DNA from: Eledone cirrhosa
Lineage: Eukaryota
DNA: 64,000 bases
Direction: 5' to 3'
Assembly: GCA_964016885.1 (NCBI GenBank)
Contig: OZ024740.1
Coordinates: 69,316,001 to 69,380,000 of the forward strand
Shown here in pieces: positions 27,903 through 43,389 of the stretch (position 1 is its first letter; each line of letters opens with the position of its first letter). The position numbers and the translations under genes are program-made. The notes beneath the pieces are model-generated. The model saw only the letters and a program-made list of their open reading frames with translations, searched no databases and had not been told where the DNA came from.

Positions 27903-28001
27903 ATTACCTCCTTACCAGAGGTTTCCCGAATAGGACGAATACAAGAATGAGGACGTTTCTTGTATTCGTCTTATTCGGGAAATCTCTGGTAATGAGGTAA
28001 T
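27903..28001. repeat. ~100-bp hairpin-forming inverted repeat next to (TA)n
   Basis: ATTACCTCCTTACCAGAGGTTTCCCGAATAGGACGAATACAAGAA and its near-perfect reverse complement. Confidence 0.85.
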
Positions 28002-28023
28002 TGTATTGTATTGTTTATTATAC

Positions 28024-28059
<36 letters not shown>

Positions 28060-28194
28060 CATACATACATACATACATTAATACATACATATAATACATA
28101 TATATATACATATATACGTTTATAAATATATGCATACTTGCATAAATACATACATATATAAATACATAGTCAGACACATCAGTCGGCCGACGAT

Positions 28195-28592
28195 CACCAC
28201 ACCCACTTGCCTCACGTGCTCAGCTATGGCTCGTTTAAGGTCTCCCACTCTTGGCGTCGTCTTACACATTTAATGCCACTAGAAAACCCATGAGCGCGAC
28301 ATTGTCTCATGCCCGTACACTTGCTGCAGTGTTCCGAGTTCTTCTGACGGTGTTTTTCCAAGCCGGACCAGAAATTTCAGTTTGGTTCGTTGCTCTATGC
28401 CTATGCCATGACAGCCAAAAATCGAGGAGCTGTTAACGAAATTACGTGAAAAAATACACAATGGCTGCAGGGAGCTACGGTTGAGTTACATAATCTCGGG
28501 ATATTACGTCACTGATGACACAACCTTATAATTCCTACCCCACTCATAGCTCACACAGCACACTAAATTCTCTTATTTTCTGAAACACCTCA
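28195..28592 (-). mobile_element. Mariner-family transposon relic (one TIR plus N-terminal HTH of the transposase)
   Basis: EQRTKLKFLVRLGKTPSE...LQQVYGHETMSRSWVF; TIR-like TA-TGAGGTGTTTCAGAAAATAAGAGAATTT at the right end. Confidence 0.8.
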
Positions 28593-29810
28593 TATATATG
28601 TATATATGTGTGGGTGCGTGTGTATGTTGGGGTATTGTTCTGTTGCCTTGTTTTATCTTGTTCAATTTTCTTGTTCAATTGGCGAAACTGTACAATCTGG
28701 ATTTTGAAGAAATAATTACGTATATTTTTGTCTATATATATATATATATAATTAAAAATCGGAGTTAAAAACGGAGTTAACGACTCGCGTTAATCCCCTG
28801 TAATTTAATCAACTCAAGGAATAGATACCGTATATACAGTATATAGAGAAGACATAAAGAGGTAGGTTTTCAATTATAGGGGATATAGAACCTCTAGAGT
28901 GAAAACAAAGTCTACGATAATACATATTTTCCAAAGTGGAAAATACATATTAATTAAAAGAATATATCAAAATGCACAGACCAACTTTTTATAATTATAA
29001 ACACCTGGATAAACTCTAGTAAGAGAAGGTTTCGAAATAAAAAGTGTAGATTCCTCACTGACCTAAGCGGTGTGGAATCTAGACACTTCATGTGTCGGAT
29101 TAAATGTCATGTGGTTTCGGTCCCGACTCTCTGCGCTTTGTGTTCAGTTCCTGCTGTTGTTAAATTCACATTTCATTCTTTCGATGTCGCTAAACGCAGT
29201 ACTACCCCGGGGTAGGGGTGGGGGCGATAACTTGGAGTAATTAAAGAATCAGACGTGAGGTTTTAAGGGTTGTTTTTCGTGTCTGTGGATTGTGAGTTCA
29301 AATCCTACTTCCGAATATGTGCTGCGACTTCTTCTAGGAATCCGATAATATCATCAGTGGACATATCAATAGGAAAATGGTTTCCTTGTTTCGGTCTGAC
29401 AATCGGTTCTTTTACTTTTCTTGTTTTCTTATATTCATTTAATTAATTTCCGTAACAAAAATATATAACTATTATCAATACGTCTCAAAATATTGTAAGT
29501 ATCTTTCCGAATCAAGGTGATCTGGATTCAAATTCTGCGGAGGGCAAATATGTATTACGTCCTTTCGATGTTATTGAATATATAACCTGTCCAATACTGT
29601 GATTATTTCTTCCTCTTTCTCTCTTCCACACAGTCTCTTAATTCTCCTCGCCCTCGCTCTCTATCATGTTTCAGGACAGCGCGACAACGACTTCATCAGG
29701 GGTCCTTTAAAGTTTTACTTTTTATCCTAATATGCTTTTTGTAACTTCTTAGGGACCCGTTTTTTTGTATTGGAACATGTTACCTCTTGGCAATACAATA
29801 TGTCATAATA

Positions 29811-29889
<79 letters not shown>

Positions 29890-29959
29890 CGTAGTAGGAG
29901 TAGGAGTAGGAGTAGTAGGAGTAGTAGTAGTAGTAGTAGCAGCAGCAGCATCAATAGTT

Positions 29960-30000
<41 letters not shown>
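29811..30000 (+). repeat. (TAG)n trinucleotide microsatellite
   Basis: Read directly; it explains the poly-L and poly-V ORFs. Confidence 0.95.
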
Positions 30001-30001
<1 letters not shown>

Positions 30002-30385
30002 ATATTTTTACTTATTGTTTTGTAGATATTTAAGTTCTACTACCTTTTGTTACAAAAGTTGTAGTTTCTGTCTGTATTCTTATTATTATTTTCGTTTCTG
30101 TACTTTGTTCTTTTTCTACCTTCTCTAGCTGGATATTACCTGCCTGTGCATAGCAATGAGAAGCAGACATTTTGTGTAATAAATTATTTATGGTCAAATA
30201 GAGTCATTCTGGTGATTTATTTCACACCATTCTTTCTTGGTTGTTACAGCAGTGTATAGATATGTGTTGCTCTGCTCATATAAACTCTCCCGTCTCCCTT
30301 CAATACAAACAGTAAATAGAGGAAATGCACAAGTTTCGTTTCAAACATATGGCCACAATTTTATGCACTTGGATGAATTCATGCA

Positions 30386-30448
<63 letters not shown>

Positions 30449-31007
30449 ATGTGTGTGTGTGTGTCTGTGAGTGTGCGTGTGTGTGTAGGATGTGTGTGTA
30501 TGTGTATAATGTATGTGCGTATGTGTATTTATGTATGTATATTATATCTGTGTATATATGTATATATAGTATATGTGAGAGTGAGTGTGAATAGGTGATT
30601 AATGGTGAGTGTTATTGTATCTATAAATATAAATGCACATGGGCGTGTATATAGCGATATGCATGATAAAATTCCATTCGACTGTAAATCCTCTGTAGCG
30701 CACATTATCATAAAAATACTATAATATACAAAAATATTTTGAAATATCGAACACAACTTGGATATATACGAAGAGATTATTTTTTTCGTTTTATTTTTGC
30801 ATACTAAGGTAGCTCAATGTTTAAAGCTCTATATTATATCCATTATCAACCATGTGTGTTTGTAATCAATTATACACACACAATATATATATATATATAT
30901 TAAATGTAACATCAATTTAACAGCTTCAACGTACGTTTTTGGTGTTTCTATTTATACAGACTCTATTTATACATTTTATATTTATACATTTTATATTTAT
31001 ACAGTTT

Positions 31008-31179
<172 letters not shown>

Positions 31180-31418
31180 GTATGCCATATGCGTGTGTAT
31201 ATTTATTTGTATACTGGCCTAGTACCCGTTAATAATGACGGTGTTTATGGAAACATATTTGATATAATGATCCCTTGATTACAGCATATAAAGATGCTTG
31301 AATTCTAGACTTTTCTTAACCATCTCCTTTTTGGCACTCTGCCCATCGACTTACTTCATATTACATTAAGTTTCATGAATTATAATTCTTTTCTTCCATG
31401 ATTTCTTTAATTATTAAA

Positions 31419-31609
31419 GGGTGGTGAATTGGCAGTGTCGGTAGAGCGACAGAGAACAAGATTTGCAGCATAGAGTTATGAACCTTTAGTTCTGATTTCA
31501 AATCCCACTGACATTAACTATGGCTTTTCTCCTTACGAGGTCGATGCAAGAAAACGCCAGTAATGCACTGGGATAATTGCTGGCCTTGTGCAAAAATTAG
31601 AAACAATTA
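31419..31609 (+). mobile_element. MetaSINE-like SINE, diverged copy
   Basis: Collinear with the SINE at 26383-26565: GGTGAATTGGCAGT..., ...GGCCTTGTGC..AA.TAGAAACAATT. Confidence 0.75.
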
Positions 31610-33679
31610 GCAAACGTATATGCACTAAATTGCAATGACTTTCTTCTCTCTTTCTCTCTCTATCTATATCTCCCTCTCTCTCCCCCTCTCTCTTTCTCTT
31701 TCTCTCTCTCTCCCCCTCTCTCTCTCTCTCTCTGTATCTACCTACCTATATTTGGACTACTATTGGTGTGTGTGGCTTATTGTATCTATTGATGTTCTTG
31801 TCCAAAAATATAAATATCTCTCAGACAAACGGAAAAATTGAGTGGTGGGTAAGTAAGCAGATATAAATGTTAGTAGGTAGATATAAGACAATTACAGAGA
31901 GATAGAGATAGAGAGATAAATAGATATCCTTCAGCAAGATAGATAGATAAACACAAATCAGACAGATTGCTAAAGAGACAAACATATAGAGAAATGGATA
32001 GATATAGAGTTAGGTAGGTATTGTGTTTATTGTCCTACAATAAAGAAAAGGCTAAAGATAGCCACAGTTATTCACTGATCTGTTTGTCAACACTGTGTGA
32101 GCGTGAAAGCTTGACAAGGTGGAAGATATCAAATCACTTTTTTCCAGTCAAACTTAGCAGAAACTGGAAATATATATCTGTATGTAACTCTTTAAAATTT
32201 ACATATAAATATACATACACACACGCACAACGCATTTCCTATCTCAATAATCATGCTGAAATAAGAAGTTCAGGTTTTAATCACTAGATGCTGGGGTCTT
32301 AAACTACATTTATACCTGTGAAATGTTATTTCTCCAAAGCTATTCATATACTTAATACGGTATGTCATTTGTACACTTATGTAATTATATCCTATAAATG
32401 AATTATTAAAGTAATTTGGCATGATTAATAAAGTAGGTAGACTCTTGGGTAAACCCTTAATTTATCAAAAAATTTACCAGTTGTATAATTATTCATATAT
32501 TCGGTAAACCTGTTATAATTATTCATATATTCGGTAAACCTGTTATTACGCTAATGCCATCATGATTGATGGTACGGCTCCACTAGAAGAATTATTACAT
32601 TTTTGTGAAGATAATTAAAATGTATTTCCTGATTACCTGTAAACATATTCACACTTTTGGTGGTAGATATCATCCATCACCATCTTTAACATTGCTTCTT
32701 CTTACTTGGATACCTTTAATGGAACCCTATTTTTGTAAGCATTTGTGCCAATTCTCTTGTTCGAGTATAACTTTCTCCTTTCATTTCCGGAGTACCTAAC
32801 ATCGTTATGTGATTGGCGCTGTCCCTCAATTTCTGGATGTAATGGGGAAAATGCTCTAATTCGCCTTAATACCACGATTTTCCTCGGATTTCTCAAACTC
32901 CAGGGAAACTGATGTTAATTCTCCTCTAAAATGTTAAGGCGCATATGCAGTTATATATAAGCGTATTGAACAAACACGGGTTATTTCAGTAACGTGGGGA
33001 GTTAGGAAAAAGCAATTAAGTACGTAATATGTGGTGTCACTGTATTTAATTTAATACTTTACCAATATAGTACTCCAAAATACTGATATTAACCAGTGGT
33101 AGAGCCCAATAAGGAACGTGTGCTTTATTGCAACTACTTTCATATCGCTGTATATGTATATTTCCGAAAGGTAAATAGGGGCAAAAAGACAAAAGTAATT
33201 AATTATGCAGAAATAATATATATATAACAGATATTTTGTGTAACAGCAAGGCATAATGGGAGAATAGGTGTTTCAACATTAATAGTAACATTATCAAAAG
33301 CACACTGTAGCAGATCAAATAAATACCTTGTACGCGCACTCTCATGACCTGACCTGATGTTGGTTTTGAAAAGAAAGAATTTCGTTCGAATCGAAAACAG
33401 ATGAAAGATTCCATTCGACTAAATACAAAAGCTTTACTATTGCTAGAAAGGTTAAAAAAAGAACATACACACTTAATATCAAAGAAAATAATTCATGTTA
33501 TAACACGTATTGTAAAGTTTCTCATTTTATATGATAAAAAATAAATGATTTAATGCTAAAAATAATTAGCTTTGTGAATAATGGATATCAGAATGAATTA
33601 CATGTACAAACAGACGAATGACAAAATATATGCGTATGACTGTATAGATATTTGTTTATATGTATTTCTGTGTGTGAGC

Positions 33680-33776
<97 letters not shown>

Positions 33777-33832
33777 GGCGTGTGTGTGTGCGTGCGTGTA
33801 TTTGTTTGTGTGTGTATTTATATATATATATA

Positions 33833-33891
<59 letters not shown>

Positions 33892-33954
33892 CTATATATA
33901 CATATATGTAAACATATACATATATATATATACATATACATATATGTAAACACA

Positions 33955-34037
<83 letters not shown>

Positions 34038-34214
34038 CTATATATATATATATATACATAGAGGTAGAACACTGGAAGGTAATATGCGTAGAGCACTCAG
34101 TCCATGGGACCCTATGTATTTTCTAAATAGTCATAGATCGACATACATACATATACAATTTTATTAATCCCTACATATTCATGATTATGTCTACATTTAC
34201 AAATATGTTTTATA

Positions 34215-34337
<123 letters not shown>

Positions 34338-35172
34338 GATCATCATACGTATGTGCAAGCGTTACCATTTCTGAACGAATGAGCAAGAGGTCACTCAGTA
34401 CAACAGTTTGTTTTGTTTCATATGAATTTTCACTGTCGCTACTCGATTCTCACGCTTCTGCGATTTTCTTATAGTATTCAATAGTATTTTAATTCCAAAA
34501 CAATATTTCGTTTCAAATGCAACGAATAGATGCACTTGCATTTGTAGTGTGATTTTAAGTATATACAGTATTATTTTATTCTTCTACCTTCTGTATTGAT
34601 TACAGTACGGCAATGTCAGAGCACTGGATTAAAGAGATTTAGATAAATTATACATACCCTAGTACATATTTTATAGATCTCGTTTTATCGAACCACTACT
34701 AAAACAAACATAAAACATGCACGCACAGACACATACACAGAGACATACACAGACACGCACGCACACACACACACACGCATACACATGCACACACACACAG
34801 ACACACATATATATACACTGGCGGACTGGCCAGGTTGCCAGGTTGGCTCGTTGCCCAATGGCAAGTGAACGCCAGGGGGCCCACGGTAGTATTGCAAGAA
34901 CCCACAATAGCATTGCAGGGCCCACTGCAATATTTTAGGAGTCAATGCTTTGCTTTAAAAAGGTACCTGAAATCTAAGAGAAAGAATAATTTTTTTTAAA
35001 TAAATAATAAATAATACAATTCAGCAAAGCATTTGTCAACCAATTCCCCATGTAATAGCGGGAAACCAAAATATACGATAGTGCAAATCAGTGGTTGTAC
35101 ATTCTACTAAATTTAAAGCTTAGTGTACTTATTCATGCATGCAAACATATATATGTAGACACAGACACCCAA

Positions 35173-35208
<36 letters not shown>

Positions 35209-35307
35209 TTACACACGAATTTCTGACCAAATAATATTTGGTGTCAAAGGGTTAAAGACACATGTCAAACCAATTAGCGGTGGGTGAAGGTGGTGTGTAT
35301 ATATATA

Positions 35308-35648
35308 TAAAGAATGAATAATAACAGGTAGACATCATAAAAGGGTAATTTATTCCGAGTGCTTACGAATGTTTCTACTGTAGATATACAGCCTAGTCAT
35401 GCTATGTGCAAATTGGTAATTATTTGTTTGCAGAAACACAATTTTCAAATGCTGCTACTACCGTTACCTGAGAGCATTCTGCTAGCAGACCATTTTCCTA
35501 GCAGCATTTGAAAATTGAGTTTCTGCAAACAAATAATTACCAATTTGCACATAGCATGACTAGGCTGTATAACTACAGGAGAAACATTCGTAAGCACTCG
35601 GAATAAATTACCCTTTTATGATGTCTACCTGTTATTATTCACTCTTTA
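35308..35648. repeat. Fold-back with ~150-bp inverted arms (35308-35458 and 35498-35648), beginning at (TA)n
   Basis: The arms are near-perfect reverse complements separated by a ~40-bp spacer. Confidence 0.85.
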
Positions 35649-35804
35649 TCTACACACCTGAATACAGAAGGTTCAAAAACTGAATTTATCCAACTATTCT
35701 TCCATAACTCGTTGAGTAACCCCTCACCGTACGTCAACTCTATTTAGTGTAGTATTTAACCATTACTGCATTCAGGATAATCCTAAACATTTCTTGCATA
35801 AACT

Positions 35805-35994
<190 letters not shown>

Positions 35995-36062
35995 GATTTA
36001 ATGCTCTGAAATAGCGATATATATGTGAAGAAAAACATAAAAAAGATAAAAGCATTGGATAT

Positions 36063-36105
36063 GTAATCCTGATGATTTCTAATAAGAATGAAACGCGTAG
36101 GTTAC
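36063..36105 (+). ncRNA. Minimal type I hammerhead ribozyme motif
   Basis: GTAATC-CTGATGA-TTTCT-AATA-AGAAT-GAAA-CGCG-TA-GGTTAC. Confidence 0.85.
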
Positions 36106-36346
36106 TTCCCTTGCTTTTATCGGGAATCTCAAATTGTAATACGTGACGTATTCTATTCTATAGCGATTGGGTCTTCAAAATGTTTATTATAAACATACAG
36201 AATATTTTCGAATATTCTATGTTTTTCTTCATATATATATATATATATATGAACAGATAGATCAATAGATAGATAGATATGTTTCTAGTTATTGGCACGA
36301 GGACGTAGATAGATAGATAGATATAGAAACACACACACACACACAC

Positions 36347-36428
<82 letters not shown>

Positions 36429-36459
36429 AAAGAATAGAGGTGTAACACACAAGTTATTA

Positions 36460-37442
<983 letters not shown>

Positions 37443-37445
37443 TTA

Positions 37446-38369
37446 TCTATAAAAGGCAGATTGTTGTTGTGTCTGTGTGCATGTTCCATGTTTATACATT
37501 TCCATAATTTCAAACCCATTTGACTGAACGTCTGTAAGAATATTGTAAATGTCCTAACTTAGGATGACGACTATTTATTTATTTCAAAGTCACCCATAAT
37601 TACGGAAATAATCGATAAAACTAAATACATTACGCTTTATCCCTCTAATACAATCTGATTTCTCTCTCTACTCCCCTTAAAATTCGATAAAACTACATAC
37701 ATGCTGCAACTTTCTCTTATATACGCTTAAACTTACAAACTTCCTTTAGGATCGCCGAAGAAAGAAGAGAGAGAGAGAGAGTGATAGGAGTGAGAGAGAG
37801 AGAAAGAGAGAGAGAACGTTTGTTTTTGAGTGTGGAACGGTCAAACATTTATTTACTTCAATGACAACTATTATTCAAAAGCAACAGATAAATTTATTCA
37901 ACAACAACAAAAATAGCGATAAATATTTATTAAAACATCTCTCAACGAACGTGGAAGAAAGAAGTATCAGTTTATTTACTATACACAATAATATCCTCTA
38001 TGAGGTCACTAAACCTGCTAGAAACAGCAGCTAACTCTCCCCCATATCACACCCCTCCCTACTGTCTTAAATTTATAAAATACACATTAGACAACCATGC
38101 AGAACAACTCCATCGCAGCTCTGTTATTCGACTGGTATCGTCTACACGCGTGTTGAGCAAGTACTGTGAAACAATAAATTTCAACACAGAGATAATATCC
38201 ATAGGCGAAACTACAATTGTCTCTGCTGGCGCAGCTCCTGCTTCGGCAGTCCAGGTCTGCAATTCATTCACCCAGTGCCTGGCAGACAAAAAAGTGGTGC
38301 CATAAATGGGTGGTGCAACCTAACTTTGGTAACTTACTGAACCCGAGAAACGCCGGGCTTTAATGCTAG
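37446..38369 (+). mobile_element. Non-autonomous Helitron
   Basis: 5' A|TCTATAAAAGG; 3' hairpin CCCGAGAAACGCCGGG followed by CTAG|T; inserted between A and T. Confidence 0.7.
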
Positions 38370-38379
38370 TATATATATA

Positions 38380-38550
38380 TGACGAAGTAAGTGTGGTAAG
38401 GAACCAGATGGACCATAACGTACAAGAGTACTCGATACTATGTTTAGTAGAGTGGGTATTAGGAAAAGAATCACGACCCCGACGGCTGAGCTCCTGCCGT
38501 TTCAGAACTAGCTGTCGAAACGGCCGGAGCTCAGCCGTCGGAGTCCTGAC
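38380..38550. repeat. (TA)n-anchored repeat family (copies at 3623-3715 and 57129-57255), here ending in a local fold-back
   Basis: All three start ACGAAG.AA.TGTGGTAAG.AACCAG.TGGACCATAACG immediately after (TA)n. Confidence 0.8.
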
Positions 38551-38616
38551 TGCTTTCCTATATATATATTTATATATATATATATATATATATTGAGTGA
38601 GTGTGAAAGACCAAAG

Positions 38617-38714
38617 GTTTAACTTTGCCTTTCATCCTTTCGGGGTCGATAACATAAAGTACCAGTAATGCACTAGGTATTTGCTGGCCTTGTGCCAAAT
38701 ATAGAAACAATTAT
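38617..38714 (+). mobile_element. 5'-truncated MetaSINE-like fragment
   Basis: AACTTTGCCTTTCATCCTTTCGGGGTCGATAACATAAAGTACC...GGCCTTGTGCCAAA.ATAGAAACAATT. Confidence 0.75.
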
Positions 38715-38719
38715 TTCGC

Positions 38720-39072
38720 AAAATACATAATATATTTTATTGGAGAAGGTAACATTTTTCCGCAAAAATTCGATTGCACTGTTTTGTTTCCACTTATGTA
38801 ATTTTTGAACATGTTATTTATTCATTATAACAAGTAAATGATAGGATTCTATATTCTATATGTAGGCGAGCCCCCTTCATCTGGCAACCAATATTTTAAA
38901 ACCTAGTCAGCCTCTGTATATACTGCCAATCATTATAAGTTTGAATATAACTAACATGCAAAAAAAAATATATAGGAATGGGGTAAACACAAATCACAGT
39001 CGATTCAAATATCACAGAGAGAAAGAGAGAGAAAGAGAAAGAGAGAGAGAGAGAGAGAGGAAGAGATAGAGA

Positions 39073-39122
<50 letters not shown>

Positions 39123-39702
39123 GAGAGACAGAGACAGCGAGAGAGGGGGGAGAAAGGACATGGAACAAAAATGAAACATGTATTACAGGTTAAAATGTAG
39201 TCTAGATAGATATGAAACAAAACGAGGATGTAGTGTATGGAACACCCAAATGATTTAGAAGTCAAACTTAATTTGGAGCAATAACATTAAGAAAGAGATG
39301 AAGGAACTTCAGACCAAGATCATCACCGACTATGATTCCTCCAACTAGGCCACCGAGGCAGCTACAAAAGTATAATGAAAATTGATAATTATGAACCTAC
39401 TTTCAAAATCAATGTTAAAAAGATGTGGTGTCGTTCATGGTTTTCCTAGAGCTATTAGTAATATTTAGGGTCGTCTTCTGGTTATTATTGAAAGTCTCTA
39501 GATATACAAAGTACATCATTTTTTTTATTGGAGAAGGTAACATTTTTTTCCGTAAAAATTTGATTGCACTGTTTTGTTTCCACTTATGTAGTTTTCGAAA
39601 ATGTCATTTATTCATTTTAAAAATTAAATGATAGCATTCTATATGTAGGTGGGCCCCCTTCATCTCCTGGCAACCAATATGTTTAGACCCAGCCCGCCAC
39701 TG
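38720..39702. repeat. Two direct copies (~38720-38917 and ~39510-39702) of a probable DNA-transposon terminus
   Basis: Shared TTTTATTGGAGAAGGTAACATTTTT...GGCAACCAATAT. The second ends CCCAGCCCGCCACTG-TA (CAGTGGCGG-type TIR); a similar end occurs at 34816. Confidence 0.55.
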
Positions 39703-41539
39703 TATATGACGTCTACGAAACTTAATTTACATTTCATTGAGGTAAAAAAGAATGCGAAAAATGAATAATAAATAATTATAAGACAGAAGATCATGTGGAA
39801 TAAGACAACAGAGTTGCAAAAACAAGCATTGACAAAGCGTCGAACTTGAGAAAATGTTGAGAAATATATTATCTTGCACCATCTGCTACGAATTGCGATC
39901 GATAAATAATAGTACTATCAATGGAAAGACAAATGCATACATTGCTTCCCTGGCCCGACCAAAGGATCGGCTCTTTTCCTTTTCTATTTTATTAACACTT
40001 AGATCATTGGGGACTTCGACTCTTTGTCTCCTTACATTTGTCTAAGACGTGTAGCAGAAAAGTGTTTGCATCATGCATAAAGGATTTGTATTAATTTAAC
40101 AAAAAAATATAATATGGCGGGTATGACGAATAAATCTAATAGCACAACCATGTACGGAGTAACAAGTATGGTCATATTTATGCGTATCTATATATATATA
40201 TATTTATATATGTATATATATATATATGTATATATATATCAAATTAATCTAAAGCAAGTGATCGGAGAAAAGTAAAACGCAACACATCAAATTATAACAT
40301 TGTAATGGATTCTATTTCCAATTCAACAATGATTCTTCACGCCTATTGCAATTCCACAGTGAATAATATTTCGGTTAAAAGACTCGCTTCAAAACTATGA
40401 AGTACTGGGGTAGATTTCACTGCAAATCATTCTGGAGAGTGCAATGGAAACTCAGATGGTCCAGTTTGGATTGTATGTTAACGCAGATTTTTCCTTAAAA
40501 TTGTCAAAGGATCTGATGGAGACTTCAATGAAATCTATAGTGAAAATGGGAGGATTATACAGTTGAAAGAATCACCGGAAGTTATTTCAAATTACAATAT
40601 GTTTAACTAGAAATACAGATTAGAAATCTTGTACAAAATGTATATCATTAAATACATGAAATATTGTATGAATACGAACCAGTAATTATAATGGAAAACG
40701 CTATGAATAAAAGTCTGTGTAAGCAGACTATTATTAAAGCAATATAACATAGTTAAATAATAATTAACAGAATAAATGTATGATTTTCTAGACTTTAACT
40801 TCGACAATGCCGTAGGTTTAAAAGTACGTACAAAGATGTACAATTAGTGGAAACTAAGCTAGCTTTTGTGATAATCAATGAATACAAACGTGGCTATAGT
40901 CTAAAAGAGCAGACAATACGAATTCCGAACAAAAGAACACATAAATGTAATATCAAAACTACGAACATTGAATGAAACGAAATCTTTATTATTGATAATA
41001 GAGAGATGGATGTAGGTAATTCTACTTGAGACCTACTTCCAGCATTTATTTTCTTTTATTCAGATTGTTTTTCATTTTTTTCTATGAACCATTTGGAATC
41101 AAACAATCAGCCACTGACCTAGCTTTGATAATACAAAACTGTTTATTTGAAAGAGTATAAATTTATCTGAGACCTCAAAAGGAAGAACCATTGCTAAGCT
41201 GTACTATATGTAAACAACAGATTAATTAAGATAACGTAACTCATTTTATTAAATCCCTACAAATTCTTGAGCAGTTTCAGAAATATATTTAAAATATTAG
41301 AGGAAGTGTCCTTCATTAAAATGTGATAACGAAATGTTTAATTATCAAAATGAATTTGTCCACGTTCAAACTATAACAGACGCAAAATCTAGTATTTCTA
41401 GAATTTCCATTACCTAGTTTGCATGGGTTCTAAACTGACATCTCTTATCGCTACTCCGATACAATGCCTTGATACCTTTCCAAACGCCAGATACTATTAG
41501 TGGGTTGGGTGATAACGAAAATGCTTCTAATCTCCCGAA

Positions 41540-42400
41540 GAATACTTGTTTTTGAAAACTGAACTTAACTCGAGAAATAAACTATCTGTCATAAACATGC
41601 TTGCAATCCAAGTTGTCACCTACAGTTCCAATTGGAACGTTAATGGCATTAGGAGAAGAGACACCTATATCAGAAAACATTTGACCTGTAACAAAATACC
41701 AAAATCAGATGTGGATAAAATACCAAAATCAGATGTGGATAAAATACCAAAATCAGATGTGGATAAAATACCAAAATCAGATAAGGATAAAATACCAAAA
41801 TCAGATGTCGACAAACGGGGATAGAAGAATGTTCTCGCTCGAGCTGCCATACAGTATATAAACCATTGGATCCGATCAATACCTTAAAACCACAAATGAC
41901 TGGATGATGAAAATGGGTGCAGATCATGAACGAAAGAGGAAGATATTTTCAGTCACATAGAAAAGTAGGAGGTTTGAGTAAGAATTGTTAATACATTTTA
42001 CAAATAATTGTGATTCTACAATTTAAGCCACAAAAACATCAAAGTGTTGTCAAATCATGAAGGTCAACAGAGACTGTGCACTAAAAGGGAGCAGGAACCA
42101 CTGTATGGCCAGTATGTTCTCCATAGCAAAGAACCTGGTGTAGAACAAACTTTCACTTATCTGTGACTGTGGAGTTCTGAGCTAAAGGCAGAGAGTGAGG
42201 ACTGTACTTTGGCTGCACACCATGCAACATACAAGCCAATTAAATAAGAAATGGAAATGACCAAAAGTGTCGATGAGCTTGTTGACACCATTGATCACAT
42301 GGTATCAGGCAGCAAAGTTTTAGCTTTTCAGGAATAAAATCGGGTGTCATAAAGTGTAGCAATATTTAAACTTGGCAATGGGCAGGTTTACGGTCTGAAA
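41540..42400 (+). pseudogene. R4/Dong-like (restriction-like endonuclease clade) non-LTR element, C-terminal fragment
   Basis: LKTELNSRNKLSVINMLAI, PKSDVD, ELKAESED..LAA, DTIDHMVSG (decayed CCHC region). Confidence 0.7.
41693..41813 (+). repeat. 24-bp tandem repeat x5 encoding KIPKSDVD
   Basis: Unit AAAATACCAAAATCAGATGTGGAT. Confidence 0.95.
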
Positions 42401-43389
42401 ACGGAGAGAAAAAGTTATAAATATCACCCACATGCAGTAACAGAAGGCGAGAAGGTAAAGAATCCTACGGGATTTCCTTATGAACTCACACTGCAATTTA
42501 GGAAAACCGCAGAATTCAAAGGAAGTTTCAAATAACAATAATAGTCCTGGGCGGCTAATAAATACAATATATGCGCTGTTTTATTTGGTGGCAAATTTCT
42601 GTCCAATTTTGCATATTTACACGCTGCAGTCGGTGAAAACATAATGATTTGTTTTCCGCAAGGGACCAGCCAAACACTACAAAAGCCATATATATTTTCC
42701 ACATGGATTCAAGATGGCCAGTTTGAATGTTGAGGTGAAAGCAAAAGTCCGATGTCAACTTGGCTACTAGGTACTAATAGCTATGACAATAGGTTGAAAA
42801 CACCACAGAGACAAAACCAGAAACAAAACCCCGTTTTTATGGCTACAAAATTTAACCGAGACAAAACGTTAAAACAGCAACAACAACAACACCCATTGCT
42901 CTAACACCACTATTGCCACTACACAGTCACCAGTACCACAATTACTTCACCACCGCTGCCACCACTTCTTCAGCATCAAAAAATAAAAGCATATGGATAA
43001 ACTATTGCTACTACGACCGACTACCGATAATTAGTCGAGTAACAACATCTCAACATCCACCAACAAACAAAAGGAAACTTTGACATTAAATACATCACGA
43101 CAGTTGTAGCAAAATATATGATAACAGCAGCAGATGAGGCAACTGTAGCAGCAACTGAAACATATACACAGTACATGAAAAATGTAAATAAGAACAACAA
43201 TTATAATGCTGCTGGGTGTAATGCACTGGCTTGTGGTCTAACACAGAATAGCTTGCCATCATTTTAATGTATGAAGGCCCTTTGAGTTGTTTCAAATATC
43301 ATCTTATGATGGTGTCTCGAAAAATAAATACTGGTGGATGTGGTACATCATCAACACTAACCTCATAACATATCATCAAGAATAGTATG

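Noticed and set aside
27905-27920. Strong minus-strand splice donor CTG|GTAAG
   Set aside because: It lies in one arm of a palindrome with no supporting exon.
29727-30025. Poly-Leu and poly-Val ORFs resembling signal or membrane peptides
   Set aside because: They are translations of a (TAG)n microsatellite.
31212-31242. Possible reverse Helitron 3' hairpin
   Set aside because: The terminus is degenerate and I found no matching 5' end.
41693-41813. CRISPR-like array
   Set aside because: It is a head-to-tail tandem repeat without spacers, in a eukaryotic context with no cas genes.
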